A program made the translations under genes and the position numbers. 64,000 nt of DNA from an uncultured Gammaproteobacteria bacterium (GTDB lineage Bacteria; Patescibacteriota; Microgenomatia; Levybacterales; GWA1-39-11): contig CAYVKP010000001.1 in assembly GCA_964452165.1 (NCBI GenBank), forward strand, positions 332,110-396,109, written 5' to 3'. Numbering within the stretch: position 1 is the first letter of the stretch; each line of letters opens with the position of its first letter. Shown here piece by piece: positions 27,777 to 38,117 of this stretch. The notes under the pieces are model-generated. The model made no database searches and was not told the DNA's origin. It saw only the letters and a program-made list of their open reading frames with translations.

Positions 27777-29050
27777 AAGATGGAATTTGGCGCAAGAGCC
27801 TCCATGTGATCAAAATCAGGACCCGAATCAGCCCTGAGTATGCTTTCCGTAACAAACGGGACATCCTCTATTTCAGGTAGAGCTAGCCTCACATATCTGT
27901 GTCCAAGCTGAGGATTGGAGGTGTCCGCATAATCTGCTCCACTGGTTGTTGCTACTCCCAGCTGGAGAAGTCTAGGATATAGTTGATCGGTTTTCCCCTT
28001 GATAGTTATCAGTGGAACTCTTGGATCGGTGGGTAGGTAAGAAACGCCTTCCATATCGAAGGCTTGCATAAGTAAGGTTTTTGCTTCTTTTATTTCCTCT
28101 CGTTTATTAGCAAAGTGAGGTAATAATATCTCGTTCTTCATAAGCTCGCCTATCAAAAGTGTTTTGGGTCCGTCAATTGGGTAATCTCTCTCAACGCTTT
28201 TAAAACTTTCTCCTAACGTTTTTGACATAACTGCGTAGCCTATTCTTTCTCCCGGCAAACCGCCTAGCTTTGATAAGGATCTCAGCACGATGAGATTATC
28301 ATATTTTTCGGTCAGTCTGATAGCCGATTGGTTGTCTTCAAATGCATCGCCTTGAGCCTCACTTATGATAACCTTCATCTTTCTCTCAGCACAAAAACTG
28401 ACAAATTTTTCCACCTCTTGGAGTGAAGCCGTGCTACCAGTGGGGTTGTTGCCATTGTCAAAATAATATGCGGCTGATCCTCTATTTCCTCGGGCCTTTC
28501 CCACCATTTCGACTCGTGCTCTTGTTACTCTGTCCATAGCAATTTCCAACTTCTCACCCAGTGTTGTATCAAGCGGTACCGGAACTGGGGCATAAAGTAT
28601 ATTTTCACCTACGGGTCCTCTAGAAGTTCTATCTCTAAATCGATTTATGAAATTTGCAGTGTCAGGAAAGTGAGGGGGAATTCCCCATACTTGGGTTTTT
28701 GATGGATTTAGTAGCCAATAAACCGTACGCTCGAGAATTTCGTCGCTTCCGCCTCCGCTGAAAGTTATGTAGGGATCTTCGCCTATTCCAAAACGTTCCC
28801 TCACATATCTTTTCGAGTTCTCAAGCGATTCCTTTGGATAACGCCTTGCTGCTTCCGCAAATGCGCCACTTAGTTCTAGCTCACGCCGAATCGATGAATA
28901 TTGAGGAATCTCTCCAAAGCGAGACTCACCAGATGATAAATCTAAGCTCACCACGCCATGAGTTTCCGCTCTTCTCACATAGCTTCTTGCTTCGGGCGGT
29001 GTTCTAAAGTGACGTCTATGTCTTCTTCTACCGTCTTCTCTAGGATTCAT
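27773..29050 (-). CDS. PLP-dependent aminotransferase, class I/II
   Basis: The PLP-lysine motif LRSLSKLGGLPGERIGY is present, along with the ...YYFDNGNNPTG substrate loop. The protein is 425 aa. Confidence 0.7.
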   Translation of the reverse strand: MNPREDGRRRHRRHFRTPPEARSYVRRAETHGVVSLDLSSGESRFGEIPQYSSIRRELELSGAFAEAARRYPKESLENSKRYVRERFGIGEDPYITFSGGGSDEILERTVYWLLNPSKTQVWGIPPHFPDTANFINRFRDRTSRGPVGENILYAPVPVPLDTTLGEKLEIAMDRVTRARVEMVGKARGNRGSAAYYFDNGNNPTGSTASLQEVEKFVSFCAERKMKVIISEAQGDAFEDNQSAIRLTEKYDNLIVLRSLSKLGGLPGERIGYAVMSKTLGESFKSVERDYPIDGPKTLLIGELMKNEILLPHFANKREEIKEAKTLLMQAFDMEGVSYLPTDPRVPLITIKGKTDQLYPRLLQLGVATTSGADYADTSNPQLGHRYVRLALPEIEDVPFVTESILRADSGPDFDHMEALAPNSIF

Positions 29051-29139
29051 ATTACAGGCCTATTGTAAACCTCGATCTATATTATGGCAAGCACCAGAAA
29101 ACTTGAAATTGAAGCTTTATCTGTTACAATATCCGCACG

Positions 29140-30879
29140 ATGCCGTATAGGATTGAGGATAAGATCAAATTTCTCTCGGAGGCGAGCAAGATACTATCGT
29201 CGTCCCTGGATTATAAAGCCACCATTGCGGTAGTTGCGAATCTCGTTGTTAACAATTTGTCAGACTTTTGTCTCGTTGATGTGATTGAAGGCGAGAATAT
29301 GAAGCGTTTAGCAGTAGGTGTTTCAGATGGAAAACATGAGGGAATAGTGCAGAAATTCTTTGGTTTTACTCCAGATCCTGAGAATAAAAAAGCAATTTAC
29401 GAAGCAGCCAAACTAGGTAAACCAATTATAATAAGAAAGGCAACAAAACAATGGCTTTCCACAGTTTCCAAGATTCCTGAAGAAAAAGAGATCGTTTCAA
29501 AACTGAATTTAAAATCTTTTATTTTTGCCCCTCTTAAAAGTAGAGGTAAGATTGTGGGCGTAATGACTCTCGCTTCAAATAAGGACAAGTTTTACTACAA
29601 ACAAGGAGACTCGATCTTCATAGAAGAGCTGGCCGGAAGAATCGGGCTTGCCATAGATAATGCCAGATTGTTCTCACAAACTCAGGAAGCTTTAAAAGTA
29701 CGAAACGCTCAGTCAGCAATGTTGCGGAGCATTTATAAGTCTGCGCTTGATTTTCTTGCTCCTCAGTCATTGCCTCAAACTTACAAAATAGCAGTAAGTG
29801 AGGCAATTAAAATCGCTCAAGCCGAATTTGGAATAATCTTTCTTGAGAATAATGGTATTTTGAGTAGAGTCTATACAAACATGAAAGATCCGGGTTATGT
29901 TGAGCCTCGACGTGATGGGTATACCTATAGATCATTCAAAACCGGGCGTACGCAGCTTTTGACAAGTGATAAAAAAGATAGAATCAACCCAAAGCTTACG
30001 GCCCTGGGAATCAAATCAATAGTTATAATTCCTCTTACATATCACAATAAGGCAATTGGTGCCCTCACTCTTCTTGCCAAAAATGACAAACATTTTACAA
30101 GGGATAAGCTCGAGCTTTTACGGGTTTTTTGTGGGTTAGTTAGTCTTGCGATAGAGAAAACCAGACTTTATAAAGAAGCTGAAAGTACACTAAAGACTCG
30201 AGATCTCTTTATTTCGATGGCTGCACATGAGCTTCGCACCCCAACAACCACAATTCAAGGATACACTCAAATGATGAAGAGAAAAAGTGAAAAAGGTGAA
30301 CCGGTACCACAAAAATGGGTAAGTATTTTATATGGTGAGACAGTGAGACTTAACAATTTACTTCGAGAACTACTCCGGGTAGAACAAGTCAAGACTGGCC
30401 AACTTAAGTACACCTGGAAGAGAAATAGCCTTACGGAAATAATAGAGAGAGTAATTGGTGCATCAAGCGTTACGCACCCAAATCACAAGGTAATATTTGA
30501 AAATAAGATTCGAAAAGGGAGCGATGTAATCCTATGTGACTTCGACAAGATAATGCAAGCAGTTATCAATCTGGTCAATAATGCAGCAAAATTTTCACCA
30601 AGTGGAACAAGGATTAAGATAAGTCTTTTTCACCGCGGCTCAAATATTATTATCGCAGTGAAGGATGAGGGATCAGGAATATCCAAAAAAGACCTGCCTC
30701 ATGTTGTGGAAGGGTTTTATAAAGGGGAGGAGCACACTAAGGAAGGAATGGGCCTCGGTCTTTTCTTAACCGAGAATATTGTTCAGCGACACGGCGGTTC
30801 AATAAATGTTAAATCACAGTTGGGTAAAGGGACAGTAGTTGAAATGATCTTTCCAACTAATCCATCACATATAATATAA
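29140..30879 (+). CDS. Sensor histidine kinase with GAF domains
   Basis: The kinase motifs are an H-box (AAHELRTPTTTIQGY), an N-box (INLVNNAAKFSP) and G-boxes (DEGSGIS, GMGLGLFL). Two GAF-like regions lie upstream, and no TM helix is present. Confidence 0.8.
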   Translation: MPYRIEDKIKFLSEASKILSSSLDYKATIAVVANLVVNNLSDFCLVDVIEGENMKRLAVGVSDGKHEGIVQKFFGFTPDPENKKAIYEAAKLGKPIIIRKATKQWLSTVSKIPEEKEIVSKLNLKSFIFAPLKSRGKIVGVMTLASNKDKFYYKQGDSIFIEELAGRIGLAIDNARLFSQTQEALKVRNAQSAMLRSIYKSALDFLAPQSLPQTYKIAVSEAIKIAQAEFGIIFLENNGILSRVYTNMKDPGYVEPRRDGYTYRSFKTGRTQLLTSDKKDRINPKLTALGIKSIVIIPLTYHNKAIGALTLLAKNDKHFTRDKLELLRVFCGLVSLAIEKTRLYKEAESTLKTRDLFISMAAHELRTPTTTIQGYTQMMKRKSEKGEPVPQKWVSILYGETVRLNNLLRELLRVEQVKTGQLKYTWKRNSLTEIIERVIGASSVTHPNHKVIFENKIRKGSDVILCDFDKIMQAVINLVNNAAKFSPSGTRIKISLFHRGSNIIIAVKDEGSGISKKDLPHVVEGFYKGEEHTKEGMGLGLFLTENIVQRHGGSINVKSQLGKGTVVEMIFPTNPSHII

Positions 30880-30881
30880 AC

Positions 30882-31436
30882 GTGGACAAAGGATTGGCAC
30901 TCAATAAAATTGCTCAGGAAATAGAGAAGTGTAAAATTTGCAAGAAAGATAAAATTGGTACGGCGGTGGTGGGGGAAGGAAATTCAGACGCAGAAGTAAT
31001 TTTTATAGGGGAAGCCCCGGGTAAAACTGAAGCAGCAACTGGCAGGCCCTTCATAGGGAGATCCGGAAAATTTCTTAGGGAGCAAATCAGAAAAATTGGT
31101 CTTACTGAGGATGAAGTTTACATTACAAGCCCAGTCAAGTATTTGCCCACTTATAAAACCCCAACCGATGAAGACATTAAGCATGGTATGGTTCATCTAT
31201 CAAAGCAACTGGAGGTAATAAGCCCTCATCTGGCAGTTCTGCTCGGGAGTGTCGCAGCCCGAGGAGTTTTGGGCGAAAAGATAAGCGTCGCCGCTCTTCA
31301 CGGACAAACAATGGTCAGAAATGGCAGATTGCATTTTGTCTCATACCATCCATCAGCGGCAATTCGTTTCACCAAGGTCAGAGAAATGTTTATGTTAGAC
31401 TTCAAAAAACTAAAAAAGCAAATCAGAACCTCTTAA
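30882..31436 (+). CDS. Uracil-DNA glycosylase, family 4
   Basis: The protein has the family-4 UDG motifs GEGNSDAEVIFIGEAPG and GRPFIGRSGKFL, plus C-terminal HPSA. Confidence 0.8.
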   Translation: MDKGLALNKIAQEIEKCKICKKDKIGTAVVGEGNSDAEVIFIGEAPGKTEAATGRPFIGRSGKFLREQIRKIGLTEDEVYITSPVKYLPTYKTPTDEDIKHGMVHLSKQLEVISPHLAVLLGSVAARGVLGEKISVAALHGQTMVRNGRLHFVSYHPSAAIRFTKVREMFMLDFKKLKKQIRTS

Positions 31437-31661
31437 CGAATCCTTACACTCTTTTTCTTTTTCTCTTATGCTTGTGTTCTATATTGATATATATGAAGAA
31501 TTTAGCAAAGAGAAGCATTTTTTATCACTTCTGGGCAGTGTTAAGCTCAAATCCGGAAGGTAAAAAGTACTCAAAGATCACGGCTCGATCAAAAGAGTAT
31601 AGCTTCCAAGCACCTACATATAAACCTGAATTTGTAAGCGGACGATTGGCTATAAGGTAAT

Positions 31662-31988
31662 ATGGAAAGTACCAGAATACTTCTTGTCAAAATATTTAAC
31701 GCAATCGGATTTATAATAGGATTTTTCTTACTTTTGCGAATCGTCTTTAGATTCTTCTCTGCCAACCCGTCAACCCCGCTTGTCAGTCTCGTTTATTCGG
31801 TAAGCGGTAGCTTAATTTATCCATTCAAGGGTATGTTCAGGGACGTTTTTATACAAGGCGCGGCAATTGATGTATCTGCTGTTATAGCCCTGATTGCATA
31901 TTCGATATTGATATCACTTATAATCTCTCTCGTAAACGCACTTGTAACTCCTATAATTCTCCGCCACGACAGAAGTCTTCACGCTTAA
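31662..31988 (+). CDS. YggT-family membrane protein
   Basis: The 108 aa protein has two hydrophobic helices and a YGGT-like layout. Confidence 0.45.
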   Translation: MESTRILLVKIFNAIGFIIGFFLLLRIVFRFFSANPSTPLVSLVYSVSGSLIYPFKGMFRDVFIQGAAIDVSAVIALIAYSILISLIISLVNALVTPIILRHDRSLHA

Positions 31989-32030
31989 ACTAGATTTCAA
32001 AATTACTCTTCAGCTGGGGTTTTAACCAAA

Positions 32031-32065
32031 AAAATAGCGCCCGATATTTCAAGGCGCTATTTTTA
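32031..32065. terminator. Bidirectional intrinsic terminator between convergent genes
   Basis: The sequence is AAAAATAGCGCC-cgatatttcaa-GGCGCTATTTTT. A perfect 7 bp GC stem is flanked by an A-run and a T-run, so it can function on both strands. Confidence 0.75.
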
Positions 32066-32073
32066 ATACTGCC

Positions 32074-32328
32074 TTATCTTGTGCCCGACAACGCTCTTCC
32101 TATGGCAATTAGTGCCACGGCTCCAACAATTGCGACTATGAAACTGTAGAGATTAAATCCTGTAACTCCGGGTTGACCGAAGACGCTCATTATGAAACCT
32201 CCAACTACACCTCCAACGACACCCAGAATTATGTCCATAAAGAGACCTTGTTGGCTATCTGTCCTCATGATTATTGATGCCAACCAGCCCGCGATCGCTC
32301 CGAAAACTATCCAAAGTACAACGTTCAT
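32074..32328 (-). CDS. GlsB/YeaQ/YmgE (transglycosylase-associated) family small membrane protein
   Basis: The translation MNVVLWIVFGAIAGWLASIIM...GVVGGVVGGFI...IVAIVGAVALIAIGR is a typical three-helix glycine-zipper architecture. Confidence 0.7.
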   Translation of the reverse strand: MNVVLWIVFGAIAGWLASIIMRTDSQQGLFMDIILGVVGGVVGGFIMSVFGQPGVTGFNLYSFIVAIVGAVALIAIGRALSGTR

Positions 32329-32421
32329 TTGATCTCACCTCCTTCTTTCATATATTGATTGTAGTGCTGGGGAGTGATAAGCAAATTAAGAGGTAGTAAG
32401 AGTAGGGTAAGAAGGAGAAGC

Positions 32422-33087
32422 TTATTCCTTAATTACGTATCCGAAGCCTCTCATGGATTGAATCAAAGATTTATCAAATCCACTATCAACTTTCTTTCTC
32501 AAATATCCCATATATACGTCCACAACCCTAGTTTCAATATCCGGTGATGTTAGCCAGATGCGATTTAATATCATTTCTCGACTTAAAACTCTTCCTTTGT
32601 TGCTCATTAGGTATTCAAGAAGTTTAAATTCTGTGGGGGTAAGACTTATATCCTTAGTTCCTCTTTTTATCTCAAGCGTTGACCGATCAAGCTCCAGGTC
32701 CGCAACCTTGAGTTTGGTGTCGTGTGTGTCTCTTAGTCTTGCCTTGATTCTCGCAATAAGTTCTTGTCCATCAAACGGTTTTGCCAAATAATCATCTGCT
32801 CCAAGGTTTAGACCATGAATAATATCAGAGGTATCGCCTTTGGCAGTGAGGATTATAACGGGGGTTTCAGGATATTTCTTTTTTATTTCGCTGCATACAG
32901 TCTCGCCGCTTATTTTTGGTAAACCCAAATCCAAAACAACGAGGCTTGGTTTTACCTTTTTAAGGAAGGCAAGGGCTTCGGCGCCGTCTTGTGCTATTTC
33001 TACGGAAAAGTCCACCTCTGAGAGTAGGTCTTTCAGGTACTCTTGTAGCGACGGATCATCCTCTACTATTAATACTTTTTGTAACAT
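32422..33087 (-). CDS. OmpR/PhoB-family response regulator
   Basis: The receiver domain carries LIVEDD...VVLDLGLP...LTAKG. The winged-helix output domain carries ...RVLSREMILNRIW...VDVYMGYLRKK. Confidence 0.85.
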   Translation of the reverse strand: MLQKVLIVEDDPSLQEYLKDLLSEVDFSVEIAQDGAEALAFLKKVKPSLVVLDLGLPKISGETVCSEIKKKYPETPVIILTAKGDTSDIIHGLNLGADDYLAKPFDGQELIARIKARLRDTHDTKLKVADLELDRSTLEIKRGTKDISLTPTEFKLLEYLMSNKGRVLSREMILNRIWLTSPDIETRVVDVYMGYLRKKVDSGFDKSLIQSMRGFGYVIKE

Positions 33088-33204
33088 AATTTGGAATTAT
33101 ATCCTTTTGATTTTTGATGTCAAGTTAACTGCTTTAGTATCGGCTTTTGCAGTCAAAAGACTAATAGAGAAGTGTAAGAAATATGTAAGAGCAATTCGAT
33201 AAAA

Positions 33205-33543
33205 TTATCTTTTTTGCTCAATATCAATCCTGGCGTTAATCGTTTTCAATTTATCGTTGACAGCTCGATTTATATCAACCTTGGCTGCAATGGCAAGCTG
33301 CATTAATGTAATCAAGACATCGGCAAATTCCTGATACATATTCCTTTTGTCAAAATTCTCAAGTTTGGCCTTTCTTTGGAGTCTAAGAATTCCCAGAATA
33401 TCATTGCAGAGCTCTCCAACCTCTTCATTTAATTTAACGGTTCTTGCTAAAATTTCTTTCTCTCGCGGACTATTGAGGTCATAGTCCAACTTGTTTCTCT
33501 CGCTTAAGATTTTTACTTTCTCCTCTATTGATTTAAGGTCCAT
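33205..33543 (-). CDS. MazG-like nucleotide pyrophosphohydrolase domain protein
   Basis: This small all-alpha protein has the EEVGELCNDI (EExxE) metal-binding motif. Confidence 0.55.
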   Translation of the reverse strand: MDLKSIEEKVKILSERNKLDYDLNSPREKEILARTVKLNEEVGELCNDILGILRLQRKAKLENFDKRNMYQEFADVLITLMQLAIAAKVDINRAVNDKLKTINARIDIEQKR

Positions 33544-33585
33544 ATTTCTGATTATAACACTGCGCAGTTATAATATAATTAGGAC

Positions 33586-33984
33586 GTGAAGAGTTTAAAA
33601 GAAGAACCAATTCAAGAAGGCGAGATAATTGAAACCCACTGGGATGTTAAAAAAATTGCCGTAGGACTAGTAGTTTTGGCGCTACTTCTTATAGCCGGAT
33701 CATATTTATTTCTGCCCAAGAGTGATTCGAATAACCAAGAAAGAGGAGTACTTGGAGTATCTGAAAGTAAAGTATCCACTGTTCAAGATGTACCACCACT
33801 TCCGTCCAAGCAAGACGTTCAGAACGTACTTTCAAGCGCACAAACCGCACTTTCTCAGATTACTTCGGATAATTTAACTTCCTCTCAGGCCGCAATCCAA
33901 AAAGTTATCTCCGATTTATCATCGCTTCAAGATAAAAAAGATGCGGTTGGTGTTTTCTGCGAGGTTGTGTGTAAAAATAAGTGA
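33586..33984 (+). CDS. Hypothetical membrane-anchored protein
   Basis: The ORF has a GTG start 6 nt downstream of TATAAT (33574-33579) and a TM helix (AVGLVVLALLLIAGSYLFL). It overlaps the Nramp gene by 4 nt. Confidence 0.4.
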   Translation: MKSLKEEPIQEGEIIETHWDVKKIAVGLVVLALLLIAGSYLFLPKSDSNNQERGVLGVSESKVSTVQDVPPLPSKQDVQNVLSSAQTALSQITSDNLTSSQAAIQKVISDLSSLQDKKDAVGVFCEVVCKNK

Positions 33985-35252
33985 TGATCAAAAAAATTAA
34001 GAAATTATTTTCTATTTTCGGACCCGGTTTTATAACGGGCGCTTCAGACGACGATCCTTCAGGAATTGCCACTTATTCACAAACCGGTGCTCAATTTGGA
34101 TTTTCTCAATTATGGACTGCGCCTTTTTCTTTTCCATTTATGGCCGCAGTTCAGGAGATGTGTGGAAGAATCGGGCTTGTTACCGGCAAAGGGATTGCAG
34201 TAATTGCAAAAGAAAATTACACCAAAACAGTTCTATATTTCGCAGTCATGCTTTTATTAGTGGCAAACACTATTAATATTGGCGCTGACCTTGGTGCAAT
34301 GGCTGGCGCAGCAGGTTTGTTAATAGGTATTCCCTTTGTAATCCTCTTGCTAATATTTACAGTTGTGACACTGGTTCTGGAAATTTTTGTTCCTTACACT
34401 ACGTATGCACGGTTTTTAAAATACCTGACCCTATCTCTTTTTGCTTATATAGCAACAACAATCGTTATTAAGTTGGACTGGTCTAAGGTCTTCGTCTCGA
34501 CTATTATTCCAAATATATCTCTCAGTCGAAACTATGTATTGAACATCGTCGCAATTTTGGGAACAACTATTTCCCCTTATCTTTTCTTTTGGCAAGCAGA
34601 TGAGGAGGTTGAGGAAGAGATTGAGGAGGGAAAAATTAAAGCGATGGGTAAGGGAAAACCCGACGTCACAAGGAGAGACATAAAAAAGATGAGAGCGGAT
34701 ACGCTTATGGGTATGTTTTTCTCAAATCTTGTTATGTTTTTTATAATCGTAGCAACAGCCTCTGCATTATTTACCCATGGAATAACTACAATTCAGACCG
34801 CAGATCAAGCGGCTCGTGCTCTACAGCCATTTGCCGGCAAATTCGCATTCTTATTATTCGCTTTGGGCATTATAGGTACGGGTTTACTTGCTGTGCCGGT
34901 CCTTGCGGGATCTGCTGCTTATGCAATCGCTGAATCATTCAATTGGAGAGCTGGTTTGGGTTTAAAGTTCAAGCGTGCACATGGATTTTACGGTGTAATA
35001 ACGATCGCAACTATCATCGGTTTATTGGTTAACTTTACTGCTATTAAGCCTTTTCAAATGCTTTATTACACTGCAATCTTAAATGGGGTTGTTGCTCCAC
35101 CCCTTATGATTTTAATTTTATTTATCGCTAACAACAAAAAAATCATGGGAGACAACACGAATTCAAAAGTCTCAAATATAATGGGAATAATAATAACCGT
35201 TATTATGTCCCTCGCTGTAGCGGCGCTCGTTTTTAACTTCTTCGTAAAATAG
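33981..35252 (+). CDS. Nramp-family divalent metal (Mn2+/Fe2+) transporter
   Basis: The protein has the D-P-G-N-like motif DDDPSGIATYSQTGAQFGF, MAAVQEMCGRIG and about 11 TM helices. Confidence 0.8.
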   Translation: MMIKKIKKLFSIFGPGFITGASDDDPSGIATYSQTGAQFGFSQLWTAPFSFPFMAAVQEMCGRIGLVTGKGIAVIAKENYTKTVLYFAVMLLLVANTINIGADLGAMAGAAGLLIGIPFVILLLIFTVVTLVLEIFVPYTTYARFLKYLTLSLFAYIATTIVIKLDWSKVFVSTIIPNISLSRNYVLNIVAILGTTISPYLFFWQADEEVEEEIEEGKIKAMGKGKPDVTRRDIKKMRADTLMGMFFSNLVMFFIIVATASALFTHGITTIQTADQAARALQPFAGKFAFLLFALGIIGTGLLAVPVLAGSAAYAIAESFNWRAGLGLKFKRAHGFYGVITIATIIGLLVNFTAIKPFQMLYYTAILNGVVAPPLMILILFIANNKKIMGDNTNSKVSNIMGIIITVIMSLAVAALVFNFFVK

Positions 35253-35280
35253 CTCTCTTTCTGTTAAAATTCAAACTGTT

Positions 35281-36291
35281 ATGAATGATTTAATTGACAG
35301 AGCAAAAATCTTAGTCGGAAAAATAAACATTGAGGAGAAGCAGACAAAAATTCGCGAAATAGAAGCACAAAGTACTGATCCAGACTTTTGGAAAGATAGT
35401 CTCGTAGCTACTAAAAAAATGAAAGAGATGGCGGCTTTACAAAAAGAGGTTGAGACCGTCAAAAAACTTCAGGAATATATCGACTCGAATAATACCACGG
35501 GACTTGAGTCCTTAATTTCTGAGATGGAGGTCTACTTTTATCTTGCAGGACCATACGATAAGAGTAACGTTATCTTCACAGTTCATGCCGGCCAAGGAGG
35601 CAGTGATGCTATGGATTGGGCCTCAATGCTATATAGAATGTACGTCAAGTATTTTGAGAAAAAGGGGTGGAATTTTGAGGTAGTTGATGAGACGCCGGGA
35701 GATGAAGCAGGAATCAAAAACGTAACAATCTCGGTTGAGGGAGATTTTATTTACGGCTATTTGAAGGGTGAGGTTGGGACACATCGTCTCGTCCGCTTAT
35801 CTCCATTTAATGCAAATCAACTAAGGCAAACATCCTTTGCTTTGGTTGAGGTTTTGCCTCAGGTAGAAAACACGTCAGCTGAAATTAAGGAAGATGATCT
35901 TGAGTGGGATTTCTATCGAGCCTCCTCACACGGTGGACAGAACGTTCAGAAGGTCTCGTCTGCAGTCCGTCTTAAACATAAGCCAACCGGGATTATTGTC
36001 ACATGCCAGACTGAAAGGTTTCAAGCTCAAAATCGCGAGAATGCATTAAAACTTTTGAAAGCAAAATTGTGGGCTCGCGAACAGGAAGAGCGTTCAGAAG
36101 CGGAGAAAAAAATTAAAGGTGAATATAGACCGGCATCGTGGGGAAATCAGATTCGCTCTTACGTCCTTCACCCCTATCAAATGGTTAAAGATTTAAGGAC
36201 AAAAGTTGAGACTAGCAATACTCAGGCAGTTTTAGATGGAGATATTGATATCTTTATCGACGCGGAGCTTAAAGAGAGTTCAAATACATGA
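35281..36291 (+). CDS. prfB: Peptide chain release factor 2
   Basis: The protein has the SPF tripeptide (RLSPFNANQ) and GGQ (SSHGGQNVQKV). The ORF is contiguous, so no programmed +1 frameshift is needed. Confidence 0.9.
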   Translation: MNDLIDRAKILVGKINIEEKQTKIREIEAQSTDPDFWKDSLVATKKMKEMAALQKEVETVKKLQEYIDSNNTTGLESLISEMEVYFYLAGPYDKSNVIFTVHAGQGGSDAMDWASMLYRMYVKYFEKKGWNFEVVDETPGDEAGIKNVTISVEGDFIYGYLKGEVGTHRLVRLSPFNANQLRQTSFALVEVLPQVENTSAEIKEDDLEWDFYRASSHGGQNVQKVSSAVRLKHKPTGIIVTCQTERFQAQNRENALKLLKAKLWAREQEERSEAEKKIKGEYRPASWGNQIRSYVLHPYQMVKDLRTKVETSNTQAVLDGDIDIFIDAELKESSNT

Positions 36292-36755
36292 AAACAGGCG
36301 TTTTAGAAGGGGAGAAACATTTTACGGCCTCAGTTTGGATCTTAAGTTCGCGGGCGCCCAAGAAAATGCTACTAATTCATCACAAAAAATTGGAGCGTTG
36401 GATGCAGCCGGGAGGCCACATTGAGCAGTTTGAGAATCCCATCGAAACCGCGGTTCGTGAAGTAAAAGAGGAGACGGGGCTTGATATAAGTTTCTTGTTA
36501 GCACAAATTGAATTTGTTGATGAGGAGGGAAGTTTTCTTCCGACTCCAAAATTTTTTATAGAGCAAACAATTCCTGCCTGGCAAGACACACCCAGGCATT
36601 ATCATCTTGACCTCAATTATGTCGTAGAAATTCCCGAACAAGATTTAAAAATTAACACACGGGAGTCACATGACATCGGTTGGTTTACAAAGAGGCAAAT
36701 CTCAAAACTCTCAACTCACGCAGACACAAAAATAATAGTACGCAAGCTAATGTAG
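36288..36755 (+). CDS. NUDIX hydrolase
   Basis: The Nudix box GGHIEQFENPIETAVREVKEETGL is present. The gene overlaps prfB by 4 nt. Confidence 0.8.
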   Translation: MKTGVLEGEKHFTASVWILSSRAPKKMLLIHHKKLERWMQPGGHIEQFENPIETAVREVKEETGLDISFLLAQIEFVDEEGSFLPTPKFFIEQTIPAWQDTPRHYHLDLNYVVEIPEQDLKINTRESHDIGWFTKRQISKLSTHADTKIIVRKLM

Positions 36756-36793
36756 GGTTGTAAAAATGGCAAAAATGTGGTTTACTTATTGGT

Positions 36794-37294
36794 ATGGAAG
36801 AGAAGGCGAAAATCATCCATAGCTTTGATGAATCGGCCGAGGACAAGAGATCTTCCAAACCGGGTAAACCGGGCCAAAGCAATTTCAAACCTATGAGCGG
36901 AAAATCACCGATAGTTTTATTTTTAATCCTCGCAGTTTTGGGTGTAGCAACCGGATTTGTAGTTTCAAAAGTTAGCGGTGCAGGAACGGTTCAGGTAGCA
37001 GGCCCGAATGGTAAAGTTACAACAACATCTATCTCGGCCGGCCAAGTTTTTGGTTCTAAGGATGAGAAGACTTTTAAGGACAGTGCGGAAGGAACATTAA
37101 AGGTAGGTGGAATAGATGGTGAAGGAGCATACCACTTGGAGCGCCCGGGCGGAGATTCACAAAACGTTTATTTGACATCTTCAGTGATCGATCTTTCAGG
37201 TTTTGTAGGTAAGAAAGTAAAAGTGTGGGGAGAAACCAATGCGTCCGATAAAGCCGGTTGGCTTATGGACGTCGGCAGGCTTCAAGTTTTGTAA
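36794..37294 (+). CDS. Hypothetical membrane-anchored protein
   Basis: The 166 aa protein has a TM helix (IVLFLILAVLGVATGFVV) and lies upstream of ftsE. Confidence 0.4.
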   Translation: MEEKAKIIHSFDESAEDKRSSKPGKPGQSNFKPMSGKSPIVLFLILAVLGVATGFVVSKVSGAGTVQVAGPNGKVTTTSISAGQVFGSKDEKTFKDSAEGTLKVGGIDGEGAYHLERPGGDSQNVYLTSSVIDLSGFVGKKVKVWGETNASDKAGWLMDVGRLQVL

Positions 37295-37316
37295 AGTTCT
37301 GCTGATCCTGTTTCCG

Positions 37317-38117
37317 ATGATTGTATTTGCCAATGTTACAAAAAAGTACGGTACTGGTGAACCTGTCCTTAACAACATCAATTTTTCAATTGACAAAGGG
37401 GCATTTGTTTATTTGGTTGGACCAACGGGCTCCGGTAAAACCACTATCTTTCGTTTAATAATTCGAGATCTACTCCCATCTGAAGGACAAATAAATATTG
37501 GAGAGTGGGATTTGATAAATCTTCCAAAGAACAAAATCCCGGTTTTGAGAAGAAAAGTTGGAGTGGTATTTCAAGACCTAAAATTGCTCATGGACAGGAC
37601 TGTTGTTGAAAACGTAATGCTTCCATTGCAACTCTCAGGTACGGGTGAATCCGAAGCGAGAAATAAAGCTGAAGAGGCATTGATAGATGTGGGACTTGAG
37701 GATAAGCTTAATAAATTTCCATTGCAACTTTCCGGTGGAGAAAGACAGCGAGTGGCAATAGCGCGAGCCCTAGTTTTTGACCCTGAAGTAATTTTGGCAG
37801 ACGAGCCTACGGGTAATCTTGATACTCAGACTTCATTTCAAATACTTGATCTTTTGAAAAGCATCAACAAAAAAGGCACAACAATTTTTATGGCAACTCA
37901 TAACGATAAAATCATTGAGAAATCTAATGATCGGATAATGACGATGGAAAAAGGCAGAATGGTTGAAGACAGAAAAACAAAATCAGCGGAAAAGAAAGCC
38001 CCTGAGAAAGAAAAAAAAGACGAGGATAAGCACCATGATGATGAGAAAAAGAAAGATCCCGCCAAAGGCGAGACAAGCAAGATCAGTCTTGAAAAGCTTG
38101 CAAGCAAAGGAGATTAA
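37317..38117 (+). CDS. ftsE: Cell-division ABC ATPase FtsE with a Lys/Glu-rich C-terminal tail
   Basis: The protein has ...[21 protein letters not shown]..., the Walker A motif GPTGSGKTT, the signature [15 protein letters not shown], the Walker B motif [11 protein letters not shown] and the H-loop. The ATG at 37317 is in frame with the track ORF at 37239. An approximately 45 aa [16 protein letters not shown]... tail follows the ATPase core. Confidence 0.85.
   Translation: MIVFANVTKKYGTGEPVLNNINFSIDKGAFVYLVGPTGSGKTTIFRLIIRDLLPSEGQINIGEWDLINLPKNKIPVLRRKVGVVFQDLKLLMDRTVVENVMLPLQLSGTGESEARNKAEEALIDVGLEDKLNKFPLQLSGGERQRVAIARALVFDPEVILADEPTGNLDTQTSFQILDLLKSINKKGTTIFMATHNDKIIEKSNDRIMTMEKGRMVEDRKTKSAEKKAPEKEKKDEDKHHDDEKKKDPAKGETSKISLEKLASKGD

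Noticed and set aside
31472-31660. 62 aa basic ORF upstream of the YggT-family gene
   Set aside because: It has no RBS or recognisable motif and a low-complexity basic composition. It may be a real micro-protein, but there is not enough support to call it.
35281-36291. Programmed +1 frameshift site in prfB
   Set aside because: The RF2 ORF is contiguous from its ATG, with no in-frame UGA near codon 25 and no upstream SD-like element in the coding region. There is no evidence of autoregulatory frameshifting here.
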